Notes: generated by a model not told the origin, from the sequence alone. Counted from the stretch's first letter, positions 26,473 through 36,787 are shown. The stretch is DNA of 64,000 nt from Candidatus Acidiferrales bacterium (GCA_036514995.1 DATBWB010000062.1:3550-67549); one strand, 5' to 3'. Numbers and translations are program-made.

Positions 26473-27258
26473 GTGGGAACACCGTCAGCCTACAAAGTGC
26501 AGCTTCCGATCTATGAGGGTCCGCTCGATCTTTTGCTCGACCTTATCCGCCAGCAGGAAATCGACATCTACGACATTCCGATAGCGAAGATTACCGCGCA
26601 GTATCTCGACTACCTGCACCGGCTCGAGCAACTGAACATAGACATCGCCGGCGAGTTTGTCCTGACGGCAGCCACGCTCATCTACATCAAGTCCAGAATG
26701 TTGCTGCCGCCCGACCCGCTGGCGGGTCCGGAGGGGCAGATCGACCCACGGACGGAGCTCGTGCACCGGCTGCTGGAGCATGAGAAATTCAAGCAGGCGG
26801 CCCAGATGCTCCACCAAAAACAGCAGATCGAGGCGCACGTCTGGTCCAAGCCGGATCTGTCTCTATATGAGGTTGAAGAGGAGCAGGGCGAGATTGCGGT
26901 GTCGCTCTTTGACCTGGTGCGGGTGTTCCGAGAAGTATTGGAACGGGTCAAAGAGCCGCCGACGCTGGGTATAGCGGGAGAGCAGGTCACGGTCACGCAG
27001 ATGATCGAAGCGCTGCGGCGGCGGTTGTTGGCTGCCACAGAGCCGGTTTCGCTGACCCAGTTTTTTTCATCCTGCCGGAGCCGCCAGGGGATGATTGTGG
27101 CCTTTTTGGCGGTGTTGGAGCTGGTGCGGCTGCAAGCGGTCGTGTTGACGCAGCCGAAAAGTTTTAGCGACATCTTTCTACGCAAGCATCGGATGTTTGA
27201 CAGGGTCTTCAGCGAAGAGGGGCGGCTCATGCCGTCCATTGAACAGTCCTACCAGTAG
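26473..27258 (+). CDS. scpA: Segregation and condensation protein A
   Basis: YEGPLDLLLDLIRQQEIDIYDIPIAKIT is the ScpA N-terminal signature. GTG start at 26473, just after the trpS stop; the longer ORF from 26143 overlaps trpS. Confidence 0.88.
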   Translation: MGTPSAYKVQLPIYEGPLDLLLDLIRQQEIDIYDIPIAKITAQYLDYLHRLEQLNIDIAGEFVLTAATLIYIKSRMLLPPDPLAGPEGQIDPRTELVHRLLEHEKFKQAAQMLHQKQQIEAHVWSKPDLSLYEVEEEQGEIAVSLFDLVRVFREVLERVKEPPTLGIAGEQVTVTQMIEALRRRLLAATEPVSLTQFFSSCRSRQGMIVAFLAVLELVRLQAVVLTQPKSFSDIFLRKHRMFDRVFSEEGRLMPSIEQSYQ

Positions 27259-27263
27259 GCGCT

Positions 27264-27911
27264 ATGACGCGAGAAGAGATGAAGGCAATCCTGGAGGCGA
27301 TTATCTATGTGACGGAGGACCCTGTCACGATCGACCAGATCGTAAGAGTCTTGCCCGAACAAGATCGCCGTGAAATTCGGGCGGCCATGGACGAGTTGAT
27401 TGCGGCCAGCGCGGCGCCCGACCGAGGGATTGAAATCCGCGAGGTTGCCGGCGGATATCGCCTCTCGACCAAGCCGGAGCACCACGAGGTTCTGCGACAA
27501 TTCATCAAGAGTCTGCAGGCGCCATTGCGCCTTTCGCTGCCAGCGCTGGAAACGCTCGCCGTCGTAGCTTACAAGCAACCGGTCACGCTCCCGGAAATCC
27601 AGGAAATCCGGGGGGTAAACACGAGCGGAGTGATCCATACGCTTCTTGAAAAGAAGCTGGTCACGACCGCTGGCCGCAAGCACTGCATCGGCCGGCCGAT
27701 TTTGTATCGCACCTCCAGGGATTTCCTGGTTCGCTTTGGCCTCAAAGATGTGAGCGAGCTGCCGAGCCTCGAGGAATTTGAAGAGCTGGCGAAGAGCGCT
27801 TTGGGCAGCGAGGGACAGCCGCCTGAATCGCCAGCGGCGGTTGAGCCAACTGGTTCCATCGGGGAACAGGCCTCGACGGCAGCCGCAGGGCCGGCAGGAA
27901 AAACCGAGTAG
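27264..27911 (+). CDS. scpB: Segregation and condensation protein B
   Basis: LEAIIYVTEDPVTIDQI, GYRLSTKPE and LETLAVVAYKQPVT winged-helix motifs. Confidence 0.9.
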   Translation: MTREEMKAILEAIIYVTEDPVTIDQIVRVLPEQDRREIRAAMDELIAASAAPDRGIEIREVAGGYRLSTKPEHHEVLRQFIKSLQAPLRLSLPALETLAVVAYKQPVTLPEIQEIRGVNTSGVIHTLLEKKLVTTAGRKHCIGRPILYRTSRDFLVRFGLKDVSELPSLEEFEELAKSALGSEGQPPESPAAVEPTGSIGEQASTAAAGPAGKTE

Positions 27912-27975
27912 GCGGCGGGAAACAGCTCGGGCAAAGCAAAAGATTTTGACCTAGCTCACTCTGAACAAAGGAGAG

Positions 27976-29106
27976 ATGCAGTCATTCCGGCGCAATTCCA
28001 TGAAGCGCACGCTCATTGATCTGATTCCTACTTACATCACCAAGCTGCGACCGTACGTGCCGGGGAAACCGGTAGAAGAAATCGAGCGCGAGCTGAAAGT
28101 CAAGGCCATCAAGCTGGCCTCGAACGAAAACCCGCTGGGCCCTTCGCCCAAAGCGGTGAATGCCATTATGCAATTTCTTCCTCTGGCGAATCGCTACCCG
28201 GACGGCAGCGGCTACTATCTGCGCGAAAAGCTGGCCGCCCGGCTGGGCGTATCCATGGACGAAATCATTCTCGGCGCCGGCTCGACCGAATTGATTGAGC
28301 TGGTGGCGCGGACCTTTGTTGCGCGCGAGGATGAAGTGCTGACCTCGGACGGGTCGTTCGCCATGTACTACATTGCCGCACAGGAGGTGGGCGCGCAGTT
28401 GGTGCGCGTTCCACTCAAGAACTCAGCGTATGACCTGGAGGCAATCTCGGGGGGGATTGGGGAGCGCACCAAAGCCATTTTCCTGGCCAATCCGAACAAT
28501 CCAACCGGCACCATGTTCACGGCAACGGAGTTTGACCGGTTCTTCCAGCGGGTGCCGGAGCACGTGGTCGTGGTGCTTGACGAGGCGTACTTCGACTACG
28601 TACAGCGTGCGGACTATTCGCGTTCGCTTGGCTACGTGCGAGAGGGCAGGAATCTGCTGGTCTTGCGCACGTTCTCGAAGGCCCACGGGCTGGCTGGTTT
28701 GCGGATTGGTTATGGCATTGGCCGGCCTGAGCTGCTCGGCTACCTGAATCGCATCCGCTCGCCATTCAACACCTCGGCCATTGCGCAGGCTGCCGCGCTC
28801 GCTGCGTTGGACGATGGGGATCACATTCGGCGGTCGGTGGAGTCGAACAACCGCGGACTGAAGTTTCTTGGCGACGGTCTGACGCGGATGGGCGTGAAGT
28901 TTGTCCCATCGGTTACGAATTTTGTCTTGGTGGACGTGGGGTGCGACGGGGACGAGGTCTTTGAACTTCTCAAGCGCAAAGGGGTCATCGTGCGCCCCAT
29001 GGCGTTCATGGGTTTTCCCACTGCCATACGCGTCACGGTTGGCACCCAGGAGGAAAATGAAATATTCTTGAAGGCCTTCGAAAAAGTAAGATCCACCTTC
29101 GTGTGA
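27976..29106 (+). CDS. hisC: Histidinol-phosphate aminotransferase
   Basis: LASNENPLGPSP and the PLP-lysine motif RTFSKAHGLAGLRIGY. AAGGAGAG precedes the ATG at 27976 (alternative start at 28000). Confidence 0.92.
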   Translation: MQSFRRNSMKRTLIDLIPTYITKLRPYVPGKPVEEIERELKVKAIKLASNENPLGPSPKAVNAIMQFLPLANRYPDGSGYYLREKLAARLGVSMDEIILGAGSTELIELVARTFVAREDEVLTSDGSFAMYYIAAQEVGAQLVRVPLKNSAYDLEAISGGIGERTKAIFLANPNNPTGTMFTATEFDRFFQRVPEHVVVVLDEAYFDYVQRADYSRSLGYVREGRNLLVLRTFSKAHGLAGLRIGYGIGRPELLGYLNRIRSPFNTSAIAQAAALAALDDGDHIRRSVESNNRGLKFLGDGLTRMGVKFVPSVTNFVLVDVGCDGDEVFELLKRKGVIVRPMAFMGFPTAIRVTVGTQEENEIFLKAFEKVRSTFV

Positions 29107-29141
29107 ATGCATACGCCTTTCCCTTCAAGATGGGTTAGAGG

Positions 29142-29558
29142 ATGGACGATCGAATCGGAGAAATTCTCAAAAACAGCAAGGTCATCGCTGTCGTGGGCCT
29201 GTCCGCCAAAGCTTACCGGCCCAGCTTTGGCGTGAGCCGCTACATGCAATCGGTCGGCTACCGGATTATTCCGGTCAACCCGAACGAAAAGGAAGTTCTC
29301 GGCGAGAAATCCTATCATCGGTTGGAGGATGTTCCGATGAAAGTGGACATCGTGAACGTCTTCCGCCGCTCCGACGAGGTTCCGCCGGTTGTCGCTTCAG
29401 CGATAGCGATCGGCGCGAAGACGGTGTGGATGCAAGAGGGAGTCCTTCATGAAGAAGCAGGGGAGGCCGCTCGCAAAGCCGGCCTGAATGTCGTAATGGA
29501 CCGTTGCATCCTGAAGGAGCATGTCAAGCGCTTTCGCCTGCTGGAACAAGGCCGCTGA
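29142..29558 (+). CDS. CoA-binding domain protein (YccU/YneT-like)
   Basis: 138 aa. IAVVGLS...RPS..V..Y....GY.IIPVNP and VDIVNVFR match the CoA_binding_2 pattern. Confidence 0.85.
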   Translation: MDDRIGEILKNSKVIAVVGLSAKAYRPSFGVSRYMQSVGYRIIPVNPNEKEVLGEKSYHRLEDVPMKVDIVNVFRRSDEVPPVVASAIAIGAKTVWMQEGVLHEEAGEAARKAGLNVVMDRCILKEHVKRFRLLEQGR

Positions 29559-29764
29559 AGAGCCCTCCCAGGATTCCCGCAGACACGAGATTTTGAGTGT
29601 CGTTAATTCAGTTGGAGAGCAGCGAGTGAACTTGCCTTGCCGGGGCCGAGTTCAGGCAACAACGCCCACCCCACGCTGCGGGAGGCCAGTTCCATCCGGC
29701 GTCCTGAAGCTTTGGCCCCGATATATTGGGGCAAGGCAATGGCGGCGGGATTTTGAGCACGCAG

Positions 29765-30739
29765 CTAGGTGGCCGGGGAAGTCCGCTCACCGGGATAGAG
29801 TCTGGAAAGAGCTTGGCGAAGATGAGCGAGGTGTTGCCTTTCACGGCGGGCGTGCTTGAGGGCGATGACATAGGGAATGAACAGAAAGGGCGAGCAGCCC
29901 AGGCTAAGGGCGATGTTCTTGAGGCGTTCCCAAAAGCCGAATTCTTTCCGATTGGTCAGCACGTTGGGGTAGTAGCGGAGAACGACTCCGTAAATGTCGA
30001 GAGCGATAGCGAGGTGGGTAGCGTGCCTGCCGCGCACGAAGGTCCGGCCGTTGCGGATATCGCCCAGAAACTCTTCCCTGGTGCGAGCAAAGCTAGCGGT
30101 ATAGGTCGTGCCGATGCGGCGGAGGGTGTGCGCATCGCTCCCGGCAATACACGAAAATTTCTTTCCCTGTTGGCTCAAGAATTCGAGGACTTCGGTGACC
30201 ATCTCGTTGTGCTCGGCCTGCATGGCGCCATTCTGAACCTCGACCACGCCGAACAGATGGGCCATGGTATGAAGATATTCGCCCAGGCGACGGTGGTGGC
30301 GAAAATCGTGGAAAAAATGGTTCAGGGCGAAAAGGATCTGATGCTGTCGTAAATAGGCGACCAGCTCGGAAGCGTTGCCGGCCAGGTGTTGAAGGTCGCT
30401 GTGGTGGGCCTCGGTGATTCCATAGACAGCGATATGGATGGAATCGCCGAATTCGGGGACAAACGTCGTAACCTCTTCGCCGATGACAAAGTCGGGTAGA
30501 TTCCCCATCTCATCCAGGAGCTGCCGACAGCCATCAATCGAATCATGGTCGGTGATGGTAACCAGGTTCATCCCGCGCCGCCTGGCGGTGAGATAGACGT
30601 CGCGCGGGGGCGAATAGCAATCGCGGGCGCCGATGAGCCGCATGTGTTTGGCGCGTCCGGAGAAATAGCTGTGGCAATGGAGATCAGCTTTGAACATAGG
30701 CCAAGAGATTGTATTGTGGGACATAGCTGCTATACTCAA
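29765..30739 (-). CDS. PHP-domain metal-dependent phosphoesterase with a hydrophobic C-terminal segment
   Basis: PHP motifs DLHCHSYFS, ITDHDSIDG and GSDAHT, plus a C-terminal hydrophobic stretch IALSLGCSPFLFIPYVIAL. The start could be one of several in-frame ATGs near 30700-30739. Confidence 0.75.
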   Translation of the reverse strand: MSIAAMSHNTISWPMFKADLHCHSYFSGRAKHMRLIGARDCYSPPRDVYLTARRRGMNLVTITDHDSIDGCRQLLDEMGNLPDFVIGEEVTTFVPEFGDSIHIAVYGITEAHHSDLQHLAGNASELVAYLRQHQILFALNHFFHDFRHHRRLGEYLHTMAHLFGVVEVQNGAMQAEHNEMVTEVLEFLSQQGKKFSCIAGSDAHTLRRIGTTYTASFARTREEFLGDIRNGRTFVRGRHATHLAIALDIYGVVLRYYPNVLTNRKEFGFWERLKNIALSLGCSPFLFIPYVIALKHARRERQHLAHLRQALSRLYPGERTSPAT

Positions 30740-30789
30740 GCGCCGATTGGCAGTAGAGACGCACTCCCCAGCCTCTTTCTCTAACCCAG

Positions 30790-31716
30790 ATGAGTGTCGC
30801 CGTCAAGCCTGCTGCGTTAAAGGTTAATGATTTGATCGGAATCGTCGCGCCGGCGAGCTCGGCGGAACCGGAGCTGGTCGAGCGCGGGGAGGGTGAGCTG
30901 CGCAAGCTTGGCTTCCGCACACAGCGGCGCGTTGACCTCCTCGCCCAAGATCTGTTTTTCGCCGGGCCGGTCGAACGCCGCAGCAAGGAAATCATGGAGA
31001 TGTTTGCGAACTCGGCTGTTGGGGGAGTGCTTTGCGTGCGCGGTGGATACGGGGCCGGCTATTTGCCGCCGACGTTGAACCTGGAATTTCTCAGGCCACA
31101 TCCGAAGGTATTCATGGGTTACAGTGACATCACGATGCTGCAACAATTTTTCCGGCGCGAGTTGAACTGGGTGGTGTTTCAAGGGCCTATGGTGGCAAGC
31201 GGATTTTCCGAGGGCGACCGGGGCTATAACCGGGCATCGTTCGAGCTGGCGGTCATGCAGAATCGCTCCGGATGGACGCTGCCCTGGGAGGGAGAAATGA
31301 TTCGGCCGGGAGAGGCCCAGGGAATTCTGGAAGGTGGGTGCCTCTCCTTGCTGGCGGCCGGCATCGGAACGGCGTGCGAGATTGAAACGAGCGGGGCCAT
31401 CCTGTTTATGGAAGACACGGGGGTGAAGCCCTACCAAGTTGACCGGATGCTCCTGCAGTTGCGGGCGGCGGGAAAATTTCGGGACGTGCGTGGCATCGTT
31501 TTCGGAAAGATGCCGGACTGCAATCCCCCCGGGCAAAAGTACAATCTGCTCGATGTCTTGCGAAGATTTTTCCACGATTTTTCCGTCCCGGTCGGGTTCG
31601 GCCTTCCCGCTGGCCATGTAGATGGGCCGCAACTCACCTTGCCCCTGGGGGTGCCGGCACGGCTCACGGTGACGGACGAAATGAAACTCGAAATCCTTGA
31701 GCCGGCGGTGCGCTGA
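30790..31716 (+). CDS. ldcA: LD-carboxypeptidase (muramoyltetrapeptide carboxypeptidase, S66)
   Basis: IGIVAPAS and the nucleophile motif GYSDIT, 308 aa, immediately upstream of mpl. Confidence 0.88.
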   Translation: MSVAVKPAALKVNDLIGIVAPASSAEPELVERGEGELRKLGFRTQRRVDLLAQDLFFAGPVERRSKEIMEMFANSAVGGVLCVRGGYGAGYLPPTLNLEFLRPHPKVFMGYSDITMLQQFFRRELNWVVFQGPMVASGFSEGDRGYNRASFELAVMQNRSGWTLPWEGEMIRPGEAQGILEGGCLSLLAAGIGTACEIETSGAILFMEDTGVKPYQVDRMLLQLRAAGKFRDVRGIVFGKMPDCNPPGQKYNLLDVLRRFFHDFSVPVGFGLPAGHVDGPQLTLPLGVPARLTVTDEMKLEILEPAVR

Positions 31717-31719
31717 CCG

Positions 31720-33138
31720 ATGGAGGCGGTCCGGCACATTCACCTCATCGGGATCTGCGGAGCAGCGATGGCATCGTTGGCGGGAATGCTCCGCGACCGG
31801 GGCTTCGAGGTCACCGGCTCTGACTCCGGGACCTATCCGCCCATGTCCGATTTTCTCGACCGGCTTCAAATTCACTACGCCACCGGGTTTTCACCAGAGA
31901 ATTTGCGGCCCCGACCGGACCTCGTCGTGGTCGGCAATGCCATCTCGCGCGGGAACGTCGAGCTGGAATACGTGCTGGACGAACGGATTGCTTATCGTTC
32001 CTTGCCGCAGGTGGTGGCCGAGCACTTTCTTGCGGGGAAACAGTCGCTCGTCGTGGCCGGCACGCACGGCAAGACTACGACTGCCGCGCTGCTCGCCTGG
32101 ATTTTTCAGGTTGGAGGCCGCAAACCGAATTTCTTGATCGGTGGCATCGGGGAAAATGTTGGTTCGAGCTACGGGCTGGGCGGAGGGCCCGATTTCATCA
32201 TCGAGGGGGACGAGTACGACTCGGCCTATTTCGACAAGTCCGCCAAGTTCTTCCATTACCGACCGGATGGCGTGATTTTGACGTCGGTCGAATATGACCA
32301 CGCCGACATCTATGCCGACCTGGATGCAGTCAAGCTCGCCTTCAAACGACTGGTGAACCTGGTACCGAGCCGGGGATGGATTGTTGCCTGGGGGGAGGGG
32401 GAAGCGGTGCGCGAGTGCACGGCCAAGGCATTTTGTCCGGTCATAGCGTATGGCCTGAAGAAGTCCAGTGGATCCCGGTGGGTGGTACAGGGGCTCAAGC
32501 ATTCGCCCGGGGGCATGAGCTTCGACGCGGAGAACGATAAGGGTGGCCGCGTCCGGTGTGAGACATCGCTTTCAGGAGAATGCAACGCGCTGAACGTCCT
32601 GGCGGCTACGGCGGCTGGCGTCGAATCCGGAATAGAAAGGGAAGTGATCGAGGAGGCGGTTCGCACGTTTCGCAGCGTGCGCCGGCGGATGGAGGTGAAG
32701 GGTGAAGTGGCCGGAGTCACCGTCATAGATGATTTCGCCCATCATCCGACCGCCATTCGAGCGACACTCGAGGGGATCACGGCGAAGTATCCTGGCCGGC
32801 GGATTTGGGCGCTCTTCGAGCCTCGCTCGAACACGCTGCGCCGGAGGGTCTTCGAGTCTGTCTTGCCGGAAGCGCTCAGCCTCGCCGATTGTATTTTGAT
32901 TGCGCCGGTGAATCGCCCCCACCTGCTGAGTGACGCGGAGCGCCTTTCGCCTGAGAGTGTGGCCGTAGCTCTGGTGAAGCAAGGTAAGACGGCGGCAGCC
33001 ATGCCGGACGTGGAAACGATCGTTCGGCGTGTAGCAACCGAGGCTCGCCGCGGAGATGTTGTCGTAGCGCTTTCGAACGGAGGATTTGAAAATCTTCCTG
33101 ATCGGATCCTGGAAAGGTTGCGCGAGCGAAAGGCCTGA
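31720..33138 (+). CDS. mpl: UDP-N-acetylmuramate:L-alanyl-gamma-D-glutamyl-meso-diaminopimelate ligase
   Basis: HLIGICGAAMASLAGML N-terminus, Mur-ligase P-loop AGTHGKTTT and DDFAHHPTAI. Confidence 0.9.
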   Translation: MEAVRHIHLIGICGAAMASLAGMLRDRGFEVTGSDSGTYPPMSDFLDRLQIHYATGFSPENLRPRPDLVVVGNAISRGNVELEYVLDERIAYRSLPQVVAEHFLAGKQSLVVAGTHGKTTTAALLAWIFQVGGRKPNFLIGGIGENVGSSYGLGGGPDFIIEGDEYDSAYFDKSAKFFHYRPDGVILTSVEYDHADIYADLDAVKLAFKRLVNLVPSRGWIVAWGEGEAVRECTAKAFCPVIAYGLKKSSGSRWVVQGLKHSPGGMSFDAENDKGGRVRCETSLSGECNALNVLAATAAGVESGIEREVIEEAVRTFRSVRRRMEVKGEVAGVTVIDDFAHHPTAIRATLEGITAKYPGRRIWALFEPRSNTLRRRVFESVLPEALSLADCILIAPVNRPHLLSDAERLSPESVAVALVKQGKTAAAMPDVETIVRRVATEARRGDVVVALSNGGFENLPDRILERLRERKA

Positions 33139-33154
33139 AGGATACCCCCAGACG

Positions 33155-34969
33155 ATGAGAATGCCAGGTAAAAACCATATCGCCGTGCTGCTTGGCTGGT
33201 TATGCCTCCCGCTGGCCGGCGTCGCGCTGGCCAGCCAGCCCTCAGGCGGCCAAGGTTCCCCGATCGAATATCGCATCTCGCTCCGTGAGCCGGACAAACA
33301 TTTTTTCCACGTAGAGATGCGAGTAGCTGAAGCTGGCCCGGAGCTGACGGTTCAAATGCCCGCCTGGAACGCGCTCTATCGGGTGCGGGACTTTGCCCAA
33401 TACATCGTTGCGCTTCGCGCCACGGACAGCGCCGCCCAGCCGCTTCCGGTGCGCAAGCTTGACAAGCAGACGTGGCGCGTCATCACCTCCGGAACTTCCG
33501 TAACCGTGCGCTACGACATCTACTGGGATCAACCCGATGCCTACAGCTCGCAGCTCAACTCCCGTCATGCCTTCCTGAATCTGGCATCGGTGCTTTGCTA
33601 TGTGGTGGGCCGGAAAGGCGAACCAGCCACGCTTGGGTTCGCCGACGTTCCCGAAAGTTGGCGGATTGCCACCACCCTGCGTTGGGACGACAGCACCAAG
33701 CGGTACGTCGCCCCAAACTACGACGAGCTTGCGGACGCTCCGGTGGAAATCGGCGATTTCGAGGAGACGGTGGTGCTGGTCGGCTCAGCCCGGTACCGGA
33801 TCGTGATCGATGGGGATCCCGCCGTCTATCGGCTGGATCAAATCAAAACGACCATCGAGCGAATCGTCGCCTACCAAACCAAGCTGATGGGCGGAGTTCC
33901 CTTTGCCGAGTACCTCTTCCTCTACCACTTTTTGCCTGAGTCGGGCGGGGGAATGGAGCACAAGAACTCGACGGCAATTTTCCTACGCGCCGACGACATC
34001 AAGAACGACCCCGGCTCACTTGCGCCTGTCACCGCCCATGAATTCTTTCACCTCTGGAATGTGAAGCGCATACGGCCGCAATCGCTCGAGCCGGTGGACT
34101 ACACGCAAGAGCAGTACAGCCGAGCGCTCTGGTTCGCCGAGGGCGTGACAAGCACCTATGCCGATTTGACGCTGGTGCGCACGGGGTTGTACAGCCGGGA
34201 GCACTTCTACTCGGAACTGGCGCGACAGATGGAGGTTCTTCAATCGCGCCCTGCTCGCGCCTGGAGGAGCGCGGAAGAAGCCTCGCTGGATGCGTGGCTC
34301 GAAAAATATCCCCACTATGCGCGACCGGAATTCAGCATCTCTTATTACAACAAGGGCGAGCTTCTTGGAATACTCCTCGACCTGGGCATTCGTCGTGCCA
34401 CGGGCAATCGCCGAAGCCTCGATGATCTGATGAGGCAGCTCTATCAGCATTATGCGATCCAGAGCAAGTTTTACGACGATCAGCGTGACATCGAGACGGC
34501 ATGCGAAGCGATAGGGGGCACGAGTTTCCGAGAATTCTTTGCCCGCTACGTTGCCGGCACGGATGAACTGCCCTATGGAACATATCTCGGTTACGCCGGG
34601 CTGGCCCTTCGATTGGAGAAGCGAGAAGCGTCCTGGCTCGGCTTTGACACTTATCGGCGTGGTGGAAAACACTACGTGACGGACATCACAGCGGATTCGC
34701 CGGCTGCGCAGGCCGGGGTGCAGGCTGGAGACGAGTTGATTGCTCTCGACGAGAAGAGTCTGCCGCGGGACATTGCACGGGCGGTGCGAAGCCGAAGACC
34801 CGGAGAGCGCGTCCGGCTGCGCGTGAAGCGAGGAGACACCGAGCATACGTGCCGTTTTCGGCTCGCAATCCGAAGCGTTGAGGAATTTGAGGTTTTTGAA
34901 AAGCCGGTTGCCAGCCTCCTCGAGCAGCGCATCCGGGAGGGACTTTTGAAGGGGATTACTGAGCCTTGA
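33155..34969 (+). CDS. M61 glycyl aminopeptidase family protein with C-terminal PDZ domain, secreted
   Basis: HEFFHLWN zinc motif and PDZ-like ITADSPAAQAGVQAGDELIALD. Signal peptide after the ATG at 33155; the longer ORF from 33086 overlaps mpl. Confidence 0.85.
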   Translation: MRMPGKNHIAVLLGWLCLPLAGVALASQPSGGQGSPIEYRISLREPDKHFFHVEMRVAEAGPELTVQMPAWNALYRVRDFAQYIVALRATDSAAQPLPVRKLDKQTWRVITSGTSVTVRYDIYWDQPDAYSSQLNSRHAFLNLASVLCYVVGRKGEPATLGFADVPESWRIATTLRWDDSTKRYVAPNYDELADAPVEIGDFEETVVLVGSARYRIVIDGDPAVYRLDQIKTTIERIVAYQTKLMGGVPFAEYLFLYHFLPESGGGMEHKNSTAIFLRADDIKNDPGSLAPVTAHEFFHLWNVKRIRPQSLEPVDYTQEQYSRALWFAEGVTSTYADLTLVRTGLYSREHFYSELARQMEVLQSRPARAWRSAEEASLDAWLEKYPHYARPEFSISYYNKGELLGILLDLGIRRATGNRRSLDDLMRQLYQHYAIQSKFYDDQRDIETACEAIGGTSFREFFARYVAGTDELPYGTYLGYAGLALRLEKREASWLGFDTYRRGGKHYVTDITADSPAAQAGVQAGDELIALDEKSLPRDIARAVRSRRPGERVRLRVKRGDTEHTCRFRLAIRSVEEFEVFEKPVASLLEQRIREGLLKGITEP

Positions 34970-35718
34970 ATCAGCTACGTGGGATTTTAGTCACCGGATT
35001 TCTCATGCTGTACTTGCTCATCCTTGGGCCGCCCATGATCCTCTATTCACTCGTGGTCGGATCGATCGAAGCGTTGTACGCCGTCAGTCTGGCCGGGGCG
35101 CGGGCAGGGTTGTGGCTGGCGCGCATCCGCATTGAGGTGTTCGGTGAAGAAAACGTTTTGCGCGGTCGGGCTTGCGTTTTCATGCCGAACCATACGAGCA
35201 ACGTGGACCCGCCAGCACTCGTACCGTTGCTGCCGCGAGTTGCCATCCTCGGAAAAAAAGAATTTTTCCGCATTCCGATCCTGAATATTGCCATGCGCAT
35301 GGCCGGATTCATTCCCCTGGACCGTAGCAATCGCGAGGCAGCGATCGCCAGCGCCGAGCGAGCCGTCGATGGGTTGAAATCGGGGCTTCCGTATCTCATT
35401 TACCCGGAAGGAACCCGCAGCCATGGCGGGGTGCTGGGTGTGTTCAAGAAGGGGCCATTTGTGCTGGCCATCAAGGCCGGCGTGCCCATTGTGCCGGTCA
35501 CGATTGAAGGGGCGGAAAGATGTATGGCGAAAGGCGAGATGGCGTTGCGGCCGGGAGTGGTTCGAATTACATTCCATCGGCCGGTGGAGACGACCGGCTA
35601 CGGGATCGAGGACCGGGATGTTCTGGCGCAAAAGGTTCGAGAGATCATCGCCTCCGCTTTACCGCTTGAGCTTCGCGGCGCCTCTCAAGGAATGGCGGAA
35701 GAGGGAGCAACGATCTGA
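34966..35718 (+). CDS. plsC: 1-acyl-sn-glycerol-3-phosphate acyltransferase
   Basis: HX4D motif NHTSNVD and the YPEGTRS motif. The TTG start overlaps the upstream stop (TTGA). Confidence 0.88.
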   Translation: MNQLRGILVTGFLMLYLLILGPPMILYSLVVGSIEALYAVSLAGARAGLWLARIRIEVFGEENVLRGRACVFMPNHTSNVDPPALVPLLPRVAILGKKEFFRIPILNIAMRMAGFIPLDRSNREAAIASAERAVDGLKSGLPYLIYPEGTRSHGGVLGVFKKGPFVLAIKAGVPIVPVTIEGAERCMAKGEMALRPGVVRITFHRPVETTGYGIEDRDVLAQKVREIIASALPLELRGASQGMAEEGATI

Positions 35719-35720
35719 GA

Positions 35721-35755
35721 TAGAAAATAGAAAATAGAACATAGAAAATAGAACC
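35721..35755 (+). repeat. Heptad tandem array TAGAAAA TAGAAAA TAGAACA TAGAAAA TAGAACC (5 copies)
   Basis: Read directly from the sequence. It begins 3 nt after the plsC TGA, in the 55-bp convergent gap with lpxD. Confidence 0.9.
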
Positions 35756-35773
35756 AGCAGAAGAGTGCTGTTT

Positions 35774-36787
35774 TCAGTTCTGTCCCATCCATTTTTCCTT
35801 TAATTCCCGGACGGTTTTTTGGAGCTCAGGCAAGCGGGCGTAAACGGCAGCACATTTGCGCCAGAGTTTGTTTTCCATGGCTGGATAGCCGGAGACGATT
35901 TGGCCGGCCGGCACATCGTTGGGAATGCCGGTCTGAGCGGTGGCGATGGCGCCGTCGCCGACGGTCAAATGTCCGGCGCAGCCGACCTGGCCGGCGAGGA
36001 TGACGCGATTGCCGATGTGGGTGCTGCCCGCCAAGCCGGCCTGGGCACAAAGCAGGGTGTCTTCCCCCACCGTGGAGGCATGGCCGACCTGGACGAGATT
36101 GTCAATCTTGGAGCCGCGACGGATCCGGGTTTCGCCGACGGTGGCGCGGTCAATGCAAGCGTTCGCCTGAATCTCAACGTCATCCTCAATGACGGTGGTG
36201 CCCGCCTGAACAATTTTGTGGTAGCTCGCATCGGCGCGGCGGGCAAAGCCAAAGCCATCCGGCCCGACCATGGCGCCGTTCTGGAGCGTGACGCGATGGC
36301 CGATTCGGCAGAATTCACGCACGACGGCATGCGAATGCGCGAAAAAGTCATCGCCCATCTTGGCGCCCCGGTAGATCGCGACGAAGCTGTGTAGCACAGC
36401 GTTCTTTCCGATGGTGACCTCTTCGTCCACAAAACAATAGGGACCGATGCTGGCATTCGGGCCAATCTGAGCCGATTTGGCAATGACCGCAGTGGGGTGG
36501 ATGCCGGGAGCGGGACGGGGCAGCTGGTAGAACAATTCCACCGCCCGAGCAAAAGCGAGATAGGGATTGTCCGAGCGAAGACAGGGCAACCCGGGCGGCT
36601 CGGCCTCGCGCGCGACAATGATCGCCGAAGCGCGTGTTTGTTTGAGCCACGGTTTGTACCGCGGGTTGGTGAGGAAGGTAATCTCACCCGGTTGCGCCCG
36701 GTCAATTCCCGCAACGCCGGTGATTTCAAGGTCGCCGTCACCTTCGAGCTGACAGTCCAGCTTACGAGCCAGTTCCGCCAATTTCAT
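35774..36787 (-). CDS. lpxD: UDP-3-O-(3-hydroxyacyl)glucosamine N-acyltransferase
   Basis: LpxD N-terminal domain (LAELARKLDCQLEGDGDLEITGVAGI) followed by left-handed beta-helix hexapeptide repeats. Confidence 0.92.
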   Translation of the reverse strand: MKLAELARKLDCQLEGDGDLEITGVAGIDRAQPGEITFLTNPRYKPWLKQTRASAIIVAREAEPPGLPCLRSDNPYLAFARAVELFYQLPRPAPGIHPTAVIAKSAQIGPNASIGPYCFVDEEVTIGKNAVLHSFVAIYRGAKMGDDFFAHSHAVVREFCRIGHRVTLQNGAMVGPDGFGFARRADASYHKIVQAGTTVIEDDVEIQANACIDRATVGETRIRRGSKIDNLVQVGHASTVGEDTLLCAQAGLAGSTHIGNRVILAGQVGCAGHLTVGDGAIATAQTGIPNDVPAGQIVSGYPAMENKLWRKCAAVYARLPELQKTVRELKEKWMGQN

